Shown: positions 29,873-39,751 of the stretch, in pieces
Position numbering within the stretch: position 1 is the stretch's first letter
Layout of the letters: every line of letters starts with the position of its first letter
Virus record (IMG/VR): IMGVR_UViG_3300049215_000496
Coordinates: 25,082-89,081 of that record
Source of the DNA: a virus
Length of the DNA stretch: 64,000 bases
Direction: 5' to 3' (one strand)
Made by a program: the position numbers and the translations under genes
Notes under the pieces: model-generated
The model's database searches: none
What the model saw: only the letters and a program-made list of their open reading frames with translations
What the model was told of the DNA's origin: nothing

Positions 29873-30616
29873 TTACGCGTAGTCGTGTGGCGTGACCTGA
29901 CGGACGTTGCCGGCAGCGTCGCGATACTCGGTCACGCGCCCGTTGCACACAGTGACGGTGAGCCCGTCGGACGGACGCGGCCCGTAGGTCTCACACGCGC
30001 GAACTTCCGCGACGGTCGGGGGTGAGAACATGCGAGAGAACCATCCGCGGCCCCTACGATGCCGGGGAGCCCCGAAGCCTTTCATGGTCGGTGCGGGCGC
30101 GACTGGAGCGGGCGGGGGTGGCGGAGGGGGCGGGGAGAGCATGATCGAGCGATTGTTGCCCGACTGAAACGGCAACGATCGCTGCACACGATCATCGACG
30201 TGCGTGACACCGTATCGGATGTTGGATCCGCTCGGCATCACACCGGGAACCACACCCTGGCGCATGATCATGTACGGATCGATGTGCGCGTGCCCGCCGC
30301 GCGTGCCACCGGTGCTGCCAAAACCGATCCCGGAGAATCCTGCCATGCCTCCCGCTTTCGGTTGAACAGCAGGAGCGCTCGGGGCTGGCGCGGTGACAGC
30401 CGGGGCCGGCGCGGGAACATTTGGCATGACCCCCGGACCTGCATTCGGATTCAGCTGCGGCATGTAGAATCCATTTGCGGCAGGCATCCGTCGCATCACT
30501 TGATTGAATGGTTGGAAGTGCGAATAGAACCCGACACCCGGAATGCCGGGGCGAAAACTCGGGCTCGCGGCTTCGGGACGAGTGAAATCTGCGTGACGGG
30601 TTTGGCCAAGAATCAT
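29873..30616 (-). CDS. Pro/Gly-rich low-complexity putative core protein
   Basis: TTGACC-18-TAGTAT promoter plus SD GAGGA; MAGFSGIGFG and MKGFG motifs. Confidence 0.7.
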   Translation of the reverse strand: MILGQTRHADFTRPEAASPSFRPGIPGVGFYSHFQPFNQVMRRMPAANGFYMPQLNPNAGPGVMPNVPAPAPAVTAPAPSAPAVQPKAGGMAGFSGIGFGSTGGTRGGHAHIDPYMIMRQGVVPGVMPSGSNIRYGVTHVDDRVQRSLPFQSGNNRSIMLSPPPPPPPPAPVAPAPTMKGFGAPRHRRGRGWFSRMFSPPTVAEVRACETYGPRPSDGLTVTVCNGRVTEYRDAAGNVRQVTPHDYA

Positions 30617-30788
30617 CGGTATGTCCTCGCTTTACGGAAATACTACGCCTACAACTCGGGTGTGGTCAACTGGGGGGTGCAGGCAAACGCAAACCACATC
30701 GAACAAACCCGAGCACGTAGCCGACAACGAAGGCTGTCAAAGCCACCGCAGTGGGATGGTCATGCAACAGGTGCATGCCACGATTGTA

Positions 30789-31010
30789 TCACGTTCTTGG
30801 GGGTCCCTTAAGTGCTGCAAGCAGCTGCGTGACAGTCTGTTTGATTGCCATCGCACCCATAGCTCCGCGCTGCGTACCGTAGGAGTACGCGAAACGCACC
30901 ACACATATCAAAGAGCAAACCGACACAGTCCCGTCGACGGCCCCGGTCGTATTGATGTGGTTGAGCTGGTAGTGCGAACTCATAGCGTTGCTACATTGTT
31001 GGCAGGTCAT
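30789..31010 (-). CDS. small Zn-binding protein
   Basis: CQQC…CSLIC; ATGA coupling. Confidence 0.55.
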   Translation of the reverse strand: MTCQQCSNAMSSHYQLNHINTTGAVDGTVSVCSLICVVRFAYSYGTQRGAMGAMAIKQTVTQLLAALKGPPRT

Positions 31011-31819
31011 CCCAGCACGCTTTCGTTCGGCAACGTCATTCGATAGGACTTCCACCCAACAAGATTTCCGTGTCGTGACGGAACATCGAGCGCCACCGCC
31101 ACGTGCTCGAACGGCGCTGCGTGGGGAGGATTTTGATCCCGCAAACGATCGTGGAGTTTCACATCCTCTGCAATATCCCGGCGACCGTCGTGCGTGAGGT
31201 ACGAAACGCGCGCGCAGCGCCCGACTGCCACTTTGATCAGTGTCGCGATGTCCTCTTGATGCAGCTCTTGCGGCGTAATGAACGGGAAATGCCATTCTCC
31301 TGCTTCCAGCTGCTTAGGTGTGTGAGCTTCCTTCAACATTCTCATCCTTCGTGCAAGCTCTTGAAAATGGGGCTCCGCGGCTGGATGATCTCGCAACGCA
31401 AAGAAGTTGTTCCATTCTGTACCAGTGATGACAACAGTGATCCACATCCACGGTTCTAGTATTCGATTCACCACCTGTTTGTGGATCCCGAGGGTGACCA
31501 GCTCCATCGCGTGTCTGACAGCTTCGTCGCGAGCGTGCATCCATACACGAATGGCCTTTTTGCGCGTGTCCTCGTCGACCATCTCTGTAGCCTGCATGCC
31601 CTTTTGATTCTTACCGATGTGCTCCGGAATCCACGGGTCTTCCATTACACGATCGATGAGCTTCTGAACGGGAATCGCACGGGAGCTGGCGGAACTCTTT
31701 GTCAACATTCTGTGCGTCATTATTTCTGAATGGATAGCACGAGGATACGTACATTCGTATGTGATCAAGCGCTTACCGCACGGCGCAAGAGAATCTGCCA
31801 GAATTTTTGCTGAAATCAC
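31007..31819 (-). CDS. thyX: FAD-dependent thymidylate synthase (phage ThyX type)
   Basis: PRAIHSEIMTHRMLTKSSASSRAIP, RCARVSY, HAAPFEH. Confidence 0.85.
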   Translation of the reverse strand: MISAKILADSLAPCGKRLITYECTYPRAIHSEIMTHRMLTKSSASSRAIPVQKLIDRVMEDPWIPEHIGKNQKGMQATEMVDEDTRKKAIRVWMHARDEAVRHAMELVTLGIHKQVVNRILEPWMWITVVITGTEWNNFFALRDHPAAEPHFQELARRMRMLKEAHTPKQLEAGEWHFPFITPQELHQEDIATLIKVAVGRCARVSYLTHDGRRDIAEDVKLHDRLRDQNPPHAAPFEHVAVALDVPSRHGNLVGWKSYRMTLPNESVLG

Positions 31820-32163
31820 GCGGCCACCGCCAACCGCACCGCAACCTCTTCCTGGCTCAAACCAGTGAGATTCAAGACAGGCTTTCCAAGTGCTGCAGCG
31901 CAATCGCCCTCAAGTTGCATTCCCGGCGAGAGGACAGGCCCCACCTGCCAAACTTCATCAGCACGGGAGACCATCTCCATATCAGTAGCCAGACCCAGTT
32001 CGCGCATCGACTCATCCCAGACGCCCGTCAGCACGATCCAATCGGCGCTGATGGCAACGCCGTAAGTTTTCGCGATCCAGCCACACCATTCGGCGGCAGC
32101 CAACCGGTTAGCTTCGCGATCGGCACCGCACCCTAAACGATGCGCTACGTATACAACTTTCAT
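31816..32163 (-). CDS. DUF4406/nucleoside-deoxyribosyltransferase-like protein
   Basis: MKVVYVAH…ADEVW…SPGMQLE…LGKPV pattern. Confidence 0.65.
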   Translation of the reverse strand: MKVVYVAHRLGCGADREANRLAAAEWCGWIAKTYGVAISADWIVLTGVWDESMRELGLATDMEMVSRADEVWQVGPVLSPGMQLEGDCAAALGKPVLNLTGLSQEEVAVRLAVAA

Positions 32164-32762
32164 TATTCACCCGCCTCCAGCCAATCACCAACATGTTGCC
32201 ATATTTGATCAGCGACACTGTCCCGTGAACATTCACCGTTCACGATTCGCCATTCCGTTAGCGTGCTCTCCGCCATGTGAACGTACTTCAGCCGTACGGC
32301 AGCCTGCTTGGCACGGTCCTTCTCGTAACGATCGCGGGCATCGGGACGTCGTCGGAGAGCCTCTTCCGGTGAGACGTCGAGAAAAATGTTTAACGTTGCT
32401 TTAGGCAAACCGCGATGCAGATTCTCTAGTAACGCAGCATCGACACCATCCGCGGCTCCGTAGCATATGCCAGATGCAATCCAGCGATCACAAACAACAT
32501 GGTGGTCACGCGCCAGAACGCGCCGTATTTCAGGGGCCGCGTCATACTTGTCACCCAGCATAAGGCATTGCAACGTAAGTGCATCTTCAGTGTTCCATAT
32601 TCCTACAGAACGCAAACGTCTTTTGATCACCTCCCCTATCGGTGTGGAGTAACGCGGAAACGAAAACAGTTTTGTGTGTTTAATTTGACTCAATCGATTG
32701 GTAAGCATTCCTGCCTGTGTAGCTTTCCCAGCCGCATCCAATCCTTCGATTGCGACAAGCAT
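32163..32762 (-). CDS. tmk: thymidylate kinase
   Basis: IEGLDAAGKATQ, FSFPRY, VCDRW…S…Y. Confidence 0.9.
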   Translation of the reverse strand: MLVAIEGLDAAGKATQAGMLTNRLSQIKHTKLFSFPRYSTPIGEVIKRRLRSVGIWNTEDALTLQCLMLGDKYDAAPEIRRVLARDHHVVCDRWIASGICYGAADGVDAALLENLHRGLPKATLNIFLDVSPEEALRRRPDARDRYEKDRAKQAAVRLKYVHMAESTLTEWRIVNGECSRDSVADQIWQHVGDWLEAGE

Positions 32763-32763
32763 T

Positions 32764-33570
32764 TTAATCCCTCGACAGCTTTCTCGTGAATGTGGCAACG
32801 CGCACGTTCACACATGTGCGGGATTTGCCTCCAGCATCAAAAGCCGCGATGCTTTCTTCGACCGTGTTTCCTGAGGCTATCGCGTCTTCGCCGTCGTCAA
32901 CGAACAGCACCGGCGCAAGTGGCCCGTCAACTATTGCTTGCGCTATGCAATACCGGCACTTCCAGTCGGTGTTGGTGTGTTCCTGGCATTTCCATACTGC
33001 CGTGTGCTTTGGCGCCGCAATCGGCTCCGCAATCGGTGCCGCATCTTCCAATACGCTTTCATCGCGTCCGGCCAGTATGTCTGACGCTGCGATCGGATCC
33101 TTACGGCCTTTCTTGCGTGCCAGTTCAATCACGGCGATCTTGCCTTTCTCCTCGGGGGTCAGTTCCCGAGAAATGGCATTCACTTGATCTGCATGGCGTT
33201 GCGCTTGCCCTGGCTCCAACCCACCAATTGTGTTGTGTGCAAGGCAGAAGCGATCGATCGGAACGAAACACGGCAGTCCGACACCGCCGCCTGCGAGCCC
33301 GAGACGCAAGCGCTTGATCGCGCCTAGCGTTGTCAATACCGGATCACCTGTCAGCGCCCCTTCGGGCATGTCGTGCTGTAGTACCGCGTACGCGCCCGTG
33401 CATCCCAACAGCTCGATGTCCTCGGCAACGTGAACGTCACACGTAGCGAGCGTCGCGCGAACCCACTGCGCTTCAGCTTCACGATCCGGTGCACCAGCGC
33501 CGAACGGCATGTCGTTGATCGATCGTGTGTCACGGAATAGGTTATCGAGGGGATTTACATAAACGGACAT
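32764..33570 (-). CDS. hypothetical protein with C-terminal Zn-binding motif
   Basis: SD AGGAG; CQEH…CRYC. Confidence 0.65.
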   Translation of the reverse strand: MSVYVNPLDNLFRDTRSINDMPFGAGAPDREAEAQWVRATLATCDVHVAEDIELLGCTGAYAVLQHDMPEGALTGDPVLTTLGAIKRLRLGLAGGGVGLPCFVPIDRFCLAHNTIGGLEPGQAQRHADQVNAISRELTPEEKGKIAVIELARKKGRKDPIAASDILAGRDESVLEDAAPIAEPIAAPKHTAVWKCQEHTNTDWKCRYCIAQAIVDGPLAPVLFVDDGEDAIASGNTVEESIAAFDAGGKSRTCVNVRVATFTRKLSRD

Positions 33571-33579
33571 GGATTCTCC

Positions 33580-34599
33580 TTATCGATAGAAGTTGTTGGC
33601 AGCACGCGCGCGAAATGAATCACCCCCGCCACCGGTGAAGCGCGATTGAGGCAAGTACCGGGACGCCACGGGGCGGTTGGAAATCTGCACGGCTGTGGCT
33701 CGCCGCGCCGATTCGATTGTCTGATTCAAGTATCGAGCGCCCGCCTCGCGATATTTAAGTAGCCCTACAGGGCAACGTTCAAACACCCAGTGAATCACTT
33801 CGTCCGACGCTCCCGCGCTGATCAGCGCGCACACCACAACCCAATCGGCTTCGGACCGGGTGATCTGCTTTTCGCTGTACGCGTTCTTCTCTCCGGTGTC
33901 GATGATATCGAGCACACCGGCGTGCAGGATTCGGCGCAGCTCCATCCAATCTGTGGGAGGATCGATCGCGACAGGGATACCTTCCTTTGGTGGTCGCGCG
34001 GGCGCGGCCCCAAGACGATCGAGAGCGGCTTCGACGTGCGCCAGTGTGTACCGTCGATCGGGGTACACCCCCGTCAAGTGGCACCAGCGGGGCGTGCTCT
34101 TCCAGTTCACCGTGCCGGCAAGACGAAAGATCCTGTTGACGTTGAACACGGCATCGCTGCCGGTGTACTTGCACAGACGCTCCCACACGATCTTCGCCTT
34201 GTGTGCCTCCGCAGGCTCGGACAGCCCGATATAAAAGTGCGCGCCGTGCCCGGAGTTCGCTGTCACGGTTGGCGAAATTCCCCCGAAGGTCAAGCGCTTG
34301 TCCACTTCCTCGATCCCGGTCCGCTCGGGTTGCAGGTCTAGCCCTAACGCTGTCACGAAAGGCACATCGCGCTCGAACCCTGACATCGCGGAGCGTGGGT
34401 TGATCGCAACGAACACGGAATATTGCATGGCATTCGTCTCGATCCCGAAGACCGTCGCTAACGCAGCATCCGTGAAGTAGCGCTTGATTGGAGCGCGTTT
34501 TGGCGCCAGGCCCGTGATCTCGATCAGCGCTTGCGCATCCGGGCGCGGGTGAAGCGTCGAGATCAGCGTATGCGCGTGAAGCAGTTGCGTATCGATCAC
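33580..34599 (-). CDS. RepB-like (AEP) DNA primase with C-terminal helical domain
   Basis: NSGHGAHFY, RIFRLAGTVNWK, RSEADW; motif I reads DLQ. Confidence 0.8.
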   Translation of the reverse strand: MIDTQLLHAHTLISTLHPRPDAQALIEITGLAPKRAPIKRYFTDAALATVFGIETNAMQYSVFVAINPRSAMSGFERDVPFVTALGLDLQPERTGIEEVDKRLTFGGISPTVTANSGHGAHFYIGLSEPAEAHKAKIVWERLCKYTGSDAVFNVNRIFRLAGTVNWKSTPRWCHLTGVYPDRRYTLAHVEAALDRLGAAPARPPKEGIPVAIDPPTDWMELRRILHAGVLDIIDTGEKNAYSEKQITRSEADWVVVCALISAGASDEVIHWVFERCPVGLLKYREAGARYLNQTIESARRATAVQISNRPVASRYLPQSRFTGGGGDSFRARAANNFYR

Positions 34600-34735
34600 G
34601 ATATTCGATCTCCGAGCCCAAGAGCAATCGCTTGTGTTCGCCAGCGCTCGAACTCCAACGCGTAGTACCGCGGACAAAACAGCATGCGCGGTTGAACCGT
34701 GCGGCTACAAGCGTGCGCGTGACACGTGTGTTCCA

Positions 34736-36343
34736 TTAAATCTTTCCGATGTACACAGCCGCCATTGTCTGAGCGCGTGTCAAACTAGTGTACATCCAAC
34801 GCCGGCCATCTTCTTCGTTCAATCGTACTGACGGTTCAACTATTACAAGCACGAAAGGCCATTGACTTCCTTGCGATTTATGGCTTGTCCACGCATATCC
34901 AAAGTTGACATGAACGTGTGGCGCAACGCTGTCACCCAAATACACGCCTTGCATTCGCGCCCAATTGCTTGCAGCAATTTCTATCGCTTTGGGACCGGCC
35001 GTCAATCGTCCGTGCAACTCTTCCAAAGCGATAGTGACTGTAGCCTTTCCGATCTTGGTCGCACCGAAGCGCGCGTCTTCCTCCACAGGCTTATACTTGT
35101 CAAACACGCGCTCGTAGCTCTCTGGAGCGCTCGACCAGCCTTCGAACGCGAAAGATTCCCCGTTCATCACGCCAGCTTCGTAGGCGTTTTTGAGAACCAT
35201 CAACGGCTCGCCTTTTTGCGGCATCTCGTCGTAGATCCCGAGCATCGCGCGAGCACCTGCGTTGAGCTGGAACCGTGTCACGTTGCGATGGCAGATTGTC
35301 ACACCCCCATTGCGGTATGTCTCCACCAGGCAACCCCACAACTGCGACGTATCGAGGCGGGGAAGCTCAGCAAGAGCACGAATGCCCAAGCCGTTGCGGA
35401 GTCCCATCGACGCACGAATCACAGGCGATCCTTGCGCCTGTCGCAAGACCTCCGTCATTTCTATCCGCTCGGCTTTCCACGCTGCCGCGAATTCCGGAAG
35501 CAGTACCGAGAACGGAGGAGAATTCGGAGGCAACACAGGAGGCAACTGAAATCCGTCTCCGATGAGCACGAGGCACAGCCCTAACTGCGTGCAGATCGTG
35601 TTCACGTCTTTCCACAGCTCGGGGCTGACCATCGAGGCTTCGTCAAGAATGACGAGACGTGAACGCGGCACAGCTATGTCATCGGGCAGACGCCGCACGA
35701 ACCGCACAGTGCCTGTTTTTTCGTCTTCTTTTGGTTTGTAGATCCACCGGTGGATCGTTTCAGCGTGCAGGCTCGTTGCCTCTCGAACACGCAACGCAGC
35801 TTTCCCTGTTGGTGTGATAACAATTGGTGTTCCGTGCTCAGCCGCAAGTGCACGTATCAGCGTCGTTTTCCCGACGCCGGCAAATCCGGCGATCACGCAC
35901 AGTCCGTAACCGGATTTGCTCTTGATTCGTCGCACGGCCGCTGCGGCATTCTCCTGTCCTTCGGTGAGCGCGAACGGTAGCGGTTCGATCTTTTGCTCTT
36001 CAACGATTGGCGGCGCTGCGCGCGGGGCGTCCTCGTATGCTGTCGCGATCCAGCGCCCAACACGACGCTCTATCCGTTTTGCCAGATCGATGAACCCTAG
36101 CTCGTGCACACGGAAGATGGCTGCGCGTAGGTGGTCCGGTGCTAGCGTGTTGCTGGCAATGGCGTGCATGATATAATTGACGAGAATTCGATCAGCTTCG
36201 GCAAGCGCTCGCGTGTCGTAGCTGTTTTGCACGACGCAGTCAGGACCAAGAGCAATCTCAGCAGAGATTGCATCAGTCAGTGGGCGGCCACAAGCCGCAC
36301 AGTTAGACGAAACGTACGGCTGAATAGCTACTGCGACTGTCAC
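34736..36343 (-). CDS. RecD/Dda-like SF1B helicase with N-terminal DUF6011-like Zn finger
   Basis: GFAGVGKT, PTGKAA, DEASMV, GDGFQLPPV, RQAQGS, HKSQGSQW; CAACGRPLTD…GPDC. Confidence 0.9.
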   Translation of the reverse strand: MTVAVAIQPYVSSNCAACGRPLTDAISAEIALGPDCVVQNSYDTRALAEADRILVNYIMHAIASNTLAPDHLRAAIFRVHELGFIDLAKRIERRVGRWIATAYEDAPRAAPPIVEEQKIEPLPFALTEGQENAAAAVRRIKSKSGYGLCVIAGFAGVGKTTLIRALAAEHGTPIVITPTGKAALRVREATSLHAETIHRWIYKPKEDEKTGTVRFVRRLPDDIAVPRSRLVILDEASMVSPELWKDVNTICTQLGLCLVLIGDGFQLPPVLPPNSPPFSVLLPEFAAAWKAERIEMTEVLRQAQGSPVIRASMGLRNGLGIRALAELPRLDTSQLWGCLVETYRNGGVTICHRNVTRFQLNAGARAMLGIYDEMPQKGEPLMVLKNAYEAGVMNGESFAFEGWSSAPESYERVFDKYKPVEEDARFGATKIGKATVTIALEELHGRLTAGPKAIEIAASNWARMQGVYLGDSVAPHVHVNFGYAWTSHKSQGSQWPFVLVIVEPSVRLNEEDGRRWMYTSLTRAQTMAAVYIGKI

Positions 36344-36498
36344 CTATACGCCTCCAACAAGATCACCCGGGCTTCCAACTCGAACACGCGCCTCTTCAGA
36401 TGCACAACACCGACCGTCAAGGCCGAAACGACATTCACCAACACGAACAGCCCCGACACGAGTAGCAGTTTCCTCGCATCGGGGCTTCGAAAACTCAC
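36340..36498 (-). CDS. small TM protein
   Basis: GTGA coupling at both ends; hydrophobic helix. Confidence 0.5.
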   Translation of the reverse strand: MSFRSPDARKLLLVSGLFVLVNVVSALTVGVVHLKRRVFELEARVILLEAYR

Positions 36499-37058
36499 GC
36501 CGTCAGATCTCGACTCGACAACATGTTGCGCGGGACGAACCCGACAAATGTGTGGGCATTGCCCGCTCCACCAATACGCACCGGCGGAGTCTTCGTGGAT
36601 GGGTCGCACGAATCGGAAACGAAAAATTCCTCAGTTCCTTTGAGCTTCAACTGCTTCCCGATCACCTCCAATCCCTCCGGCTTGAGGAACACACGCATCC
36701 CTGGCTGAATCGTGAATCCACGCCCCTTGGTCCGCACGGGCTTGTAGCCTGTCGCGGCAAGGTCCGCCAGGGCTGCGGACATTTCGGTCAGATCACGAAC
36801 CAGATCCGGACCGAACTCTTCAGGTATCGGCAGCTCCTTCGTGCCGAACGGGAACGTCTTCATCTTGTTGTGCAGCTTCTGCACGAAGCGCGCATAGTTC
36901 GCGAACTTGACCGCGGCGTTGCCCGCCGGGTTGTCTCGCCAAGCCGGAGGCTTCGGCTGTGCCGCGCGAGCTGCGCGAGCTTTCACCAAGCCAGCTGTGC
37001 TCCTCTTCTTACTGCTAGATGAAACGCCATTCCTGCTAGCACCATTCGTCTTCGACAT
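36495..37058 (-). CDS. hypothetical protein with basic N-terminus
   Basis: SD GGAGG; 187-aa ORF. Confidence 0.7.
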   Translation of the reverse strand: MSKTNGASRNGVSSSSKKRSTAGLVKARAARAAQPKPPAWRDNPAGNAAVKFANYARFVQKLHNKMKTFPFGTKELPIPEEFGPDLVRDLTEMSAALADLAATGYKPVRTKGRGFTIQPGMRVFLKPEGLEVIGKQLKLKGTEEFFVSDSCDPSTKTPPVRIGGAGNAHTFVGFVPRNMLSSRDLTA

Positions 37059-37091
37059 AACGATTTCCTCCTGGTTTACTGTTGAACATTG

Positions 37092-39551
37092 TCAGCTCGC
37101 GGCCTTCCAGTCATCTGCCGCTTTAGCTACGGCAGGGAAGTACATCGGGCCAATGCGTTTTTGCATAACACGTTCTACGATTTTTTTCACATGTTCTGTT
37201 TCGTGAGCACCACATTCTACGACGAGCTGATCGTGTCCTTGAATAACTAAGCCCCGGTGCTGTACAAAATCGAACGGGTATGACGCCACAAGAGCCATCA
37301 CGGCATCGTTTTGCATATCAGCTGACGCTCCTTGGATGGGGTGATTTCCCATCTCTTCGCGCTTTTCTCCTCCGATGAAAAACCGCTTTCGCTGGTGATA
37401 GGCTGTGGCGATGAACCCGTGACTACGCCAACCCAAGATCAGCTTTCGCTTCCACTCGACTATTGCCGGGTGAACCTTCCACCACAGGTTGTACACCCGC
37501 TCGACCTCGGCTAACGTGATATGAGGGAACAGCGGTTCAAGATTGTCGTTTCGAAGCAGCGACAGTGTTCGATAGATTGTTGGCGTACCAGCATCGTACG
37601 ACAGTGCATACACGAAGCGCTTGACGAAGTTCCGCACTTCATCGTTCACGTCCTCAGGCTTGCACCTGAACAAACTGCACGCATTGAATATGTGCACGTC
37701 CGGGCCACGCTTTTCATCGAACGCCTTGAACGCTTCGATCAGCGGCTCGTCGCCGGCAAGCAGCGCGATCTGGCGAAGCTCGACGGCGCTCATGTCAGCC
37801 GCGACGAACTTGTTTCCGGGCGCGGGCTTGAACATCGCACGCAATTTCTTCGGGATGTTCTGACAATTCGGGTCGCTTGAGCCCCATCGTCCAGATCGCT
37901 TGCCGGGGCGCCACGATGAGCGAACGCGACCGTCCGCGTGCACAATCGGGCCGCCTTCGATATGCCCGTCTACGATGTGCCCTGTGTTCACACCAAGCAG
38001 CTTCTCGGCTTCCCGATACCCGAGCAGCCCATGGATGACCTTGCGCGCACGATCGTCGAGTCCTACCGCCAGCAAATCCAGCAGCGTCGGTTCGTCCGTC
38101 GACGGATCTCCGGAATCCGTCATGTGCTCATCGAGCATGGGCAGCCCTAGATCGTGATAGAGCAGCTTGCGCACCTGAACAGGAGATCCTGGATTGATAT
38201 CTCGGCCCGCGATCTCAACAAACTCTCGTTTCAAGCGATCAGATTTCTCTTGATACTCAGCCGCGAACTTCCAGCGCATTGCCGGATCAATCCAGATCCC
38301 GAGCGCCGCCATCGATCGCGCGATTCGGAACAGCTCGGCGTCCAGGTTGTAGATGTGCTCTTGCTTCGCCCACGACACATTTTGTATCACGTACGGCTCG
38401 GACAGATACGTGACGGCGATGTCGTACGACAGATACTTGTCTAGCGTTGCGTCGTCTTTGATCTCAGAATGCTTGGCATCGTCCTTCCAAAATCTGGCGT
38501 CTGTGTACATCGATCCAAGAAAATCCAATCTGTGAGGCAATTCGGACGTAGGCCCTATCTGATGTGCGATCATGGTGTCGAACGATGTGTCGTCACGCAG
38601 AGGCACCCCATGCCGATGCAACACGATCGAATCGAAGCCGATTCCGTTGTGGAGCACCACGTGCTGGTCTGTCTGGAAGTACCCCGCGATCACACGCTGG
38701 CACGTTTCGATTTCGTGCTCCGGCATCAACAGGTGGCCCCGCACGCTCAACGGTGCGTAGATCATGACTTCGCGATCGGTTCCTATGCCGATCCGACGCA
38801 ACCGGCACGACCAAGCGTCTTTCCCGTCGGTCTCGACGTCAACGGCAACGCGTGGGCGCGGCACCGCCAAGAAGTTGTAGATCTCCGTGGCGGTCTTTGG
38901 AACGAAATACAGCGGGTCCTGCCACGTGTTTCCCCCACGCGACAGGCGCACGGCTTTGGCGACGTCTGCATGGAACAGCGGGCGCTGCACCCGCCCCTCT
39001 TCACGCATCACAAACGCAGCGTGCAGGATCGGCAACGCTGGAGGGCCGTTCGGGATCTGAACAGGCGTGCCACGCAGCTTGGTGATGCTCCCTCCAATGC
39101 CCACGGCTGTGAGACTCGCGGAGCCCATCAAGATCACGAAGCGGGTGCGAGCAAGTTCAGCCTGGAGCCGAGGGCGGCAGCATTCGATGGGAGAGGGCAC
39201 CCCCTGCTTCTTGCACTGCTGAAGATAGCGCTTCAGATCCGTGCCTGGCGGACGGCACAAAATACTGTTCGTGAAACCTGTGTGCTGTGGATCGGCCCCC
39301 GCAGTCCGTAGCGCCGTACGAATCTCACGCCCAGCGGCACCGACTTGTGTTTTCCCTTCTGAGATTTCTGTAGATCCCGGCGCTTCCGCGACCACAAGCA
39401 ACGCGATTTCGCCGTCAGGCAGAGACGGCGGAACTGGGCCTTGACCACTGTTCCGCAAACTACATTCGCTACATTTCGCACCCGCAGCGACGGCAAAATC
39501 ATGCTGTGGACCTAGCGCACCAGCAACAAAATCAAATGCACTACTGGACAC
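37092..39551 (-). CDS. polA: family A DNA polymerase with N-terminal family-4 UDG-like domain and 3'-5' exonuclease
   Basis: UDG: CSECSL, AEAPG, NSILCRPP; exo: VDVET, HNGIGFD, YLSYD; pol: DMSAVELR, RNFVKRFVY…Y, GHDQL. Confidence 0.92.
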   Translation of the reverse strand: MSSSAFDFVAGALGPQHDFAVAAGAKCSECSLRNSGQGPVPPSLPDGEIALLVVAEAPGSTEISEGKTQVGAAGREIRTALRTAGADPQHTGFTNSILCRPPGTDLKRYLQQCKKQGVPSPIECCRPRLQAELARTRFVILMGSASLTAVGIGGSITKLRGTPVQIPNGPPALPILHAAFVMREEGRVQRPLFHADVAKAVRLSRGGNTWQDPLYFVPKTATEIYNFLAVPRPRVAVDVETDGKDAWSCRLRRIGIGTDREVMIYAPLSVRGHLLMPEHEIETCQRVIAGYFQTDQHVVLHNGIGFDSIVLHRHGVPLRDDTSFDTMIAHQIGPTSELPHRLDFLGSMYTDARFWKDDAKHSEIKDDATLDKYLSYDIAVTYLSEPYVIQNVSWAKQEHIYNLDAELFRIARSMAALGIWIDPAMRWKFAAEYQEKSDRLKREFVEIAGRDINPGSPVQVRKLLYHDLGLPMLDEHMTDSGDPSTDEPTLLDLLAVGLDDRARKVIHGLLGYREAEKLLGVNTGHIVDGHIEGGPIVHADGRVRSSWRPGKRSGRWGSSDPNCQNIPKKLRAMFKPAPGNKFVAADMSAVELRQIALLAGDEPLIEAFKAFDEKRGPDVHIFNACSLFRCKPEDVNDEVRNFVKRFVYALSYDAGTPTIYRTLSLLRNDNLEPLFPHITLAEVERVYNLWWKVHPAIVEWKRKLILGWRSHGFIATAYHQRKRFFIGGEKREEMGNHPIQGASADMQNDAVMALVASYPFDFVQHRGLVIQGHDQLVVECGAHETEHVKKIVERVMQKRIGPMYFPAVAKAADDWKAAS

Positions 39552-39568
39552 GCAACGGCTCCTCCACC

Positions 39569-39748
39569 TCACTCTTCGACGGTCATGTGCTCTACTGATT
39601 CGAACGGCCAGTAGTGCGTCTTGCCGTCTTGTTCGATCTCAAACAACCCGTCCTCCGATCCGATCGACGTCACGTTCTCGTACACGATTGGTGACGATGC
39701 GCTAGGCGCTTTGGTCACAACAGTAACTTTCGCTAGATCCTTGCCCAT
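39569..39748 (-). CDS. 59-aa beta protein (not in ORF track)
   Basis: SD GGAGG; MGKDLAKVTVV…HYWPFESVEHMTVEE. Confidence 0.6.
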   Translation of the reverse strand: MGKDLAKVTVVTKAPSASSPIVYENVTSIGSEDGLFEIEQDGKTHYWPFESVEHMTVEE

Positions 39749-39751
39749 GGC

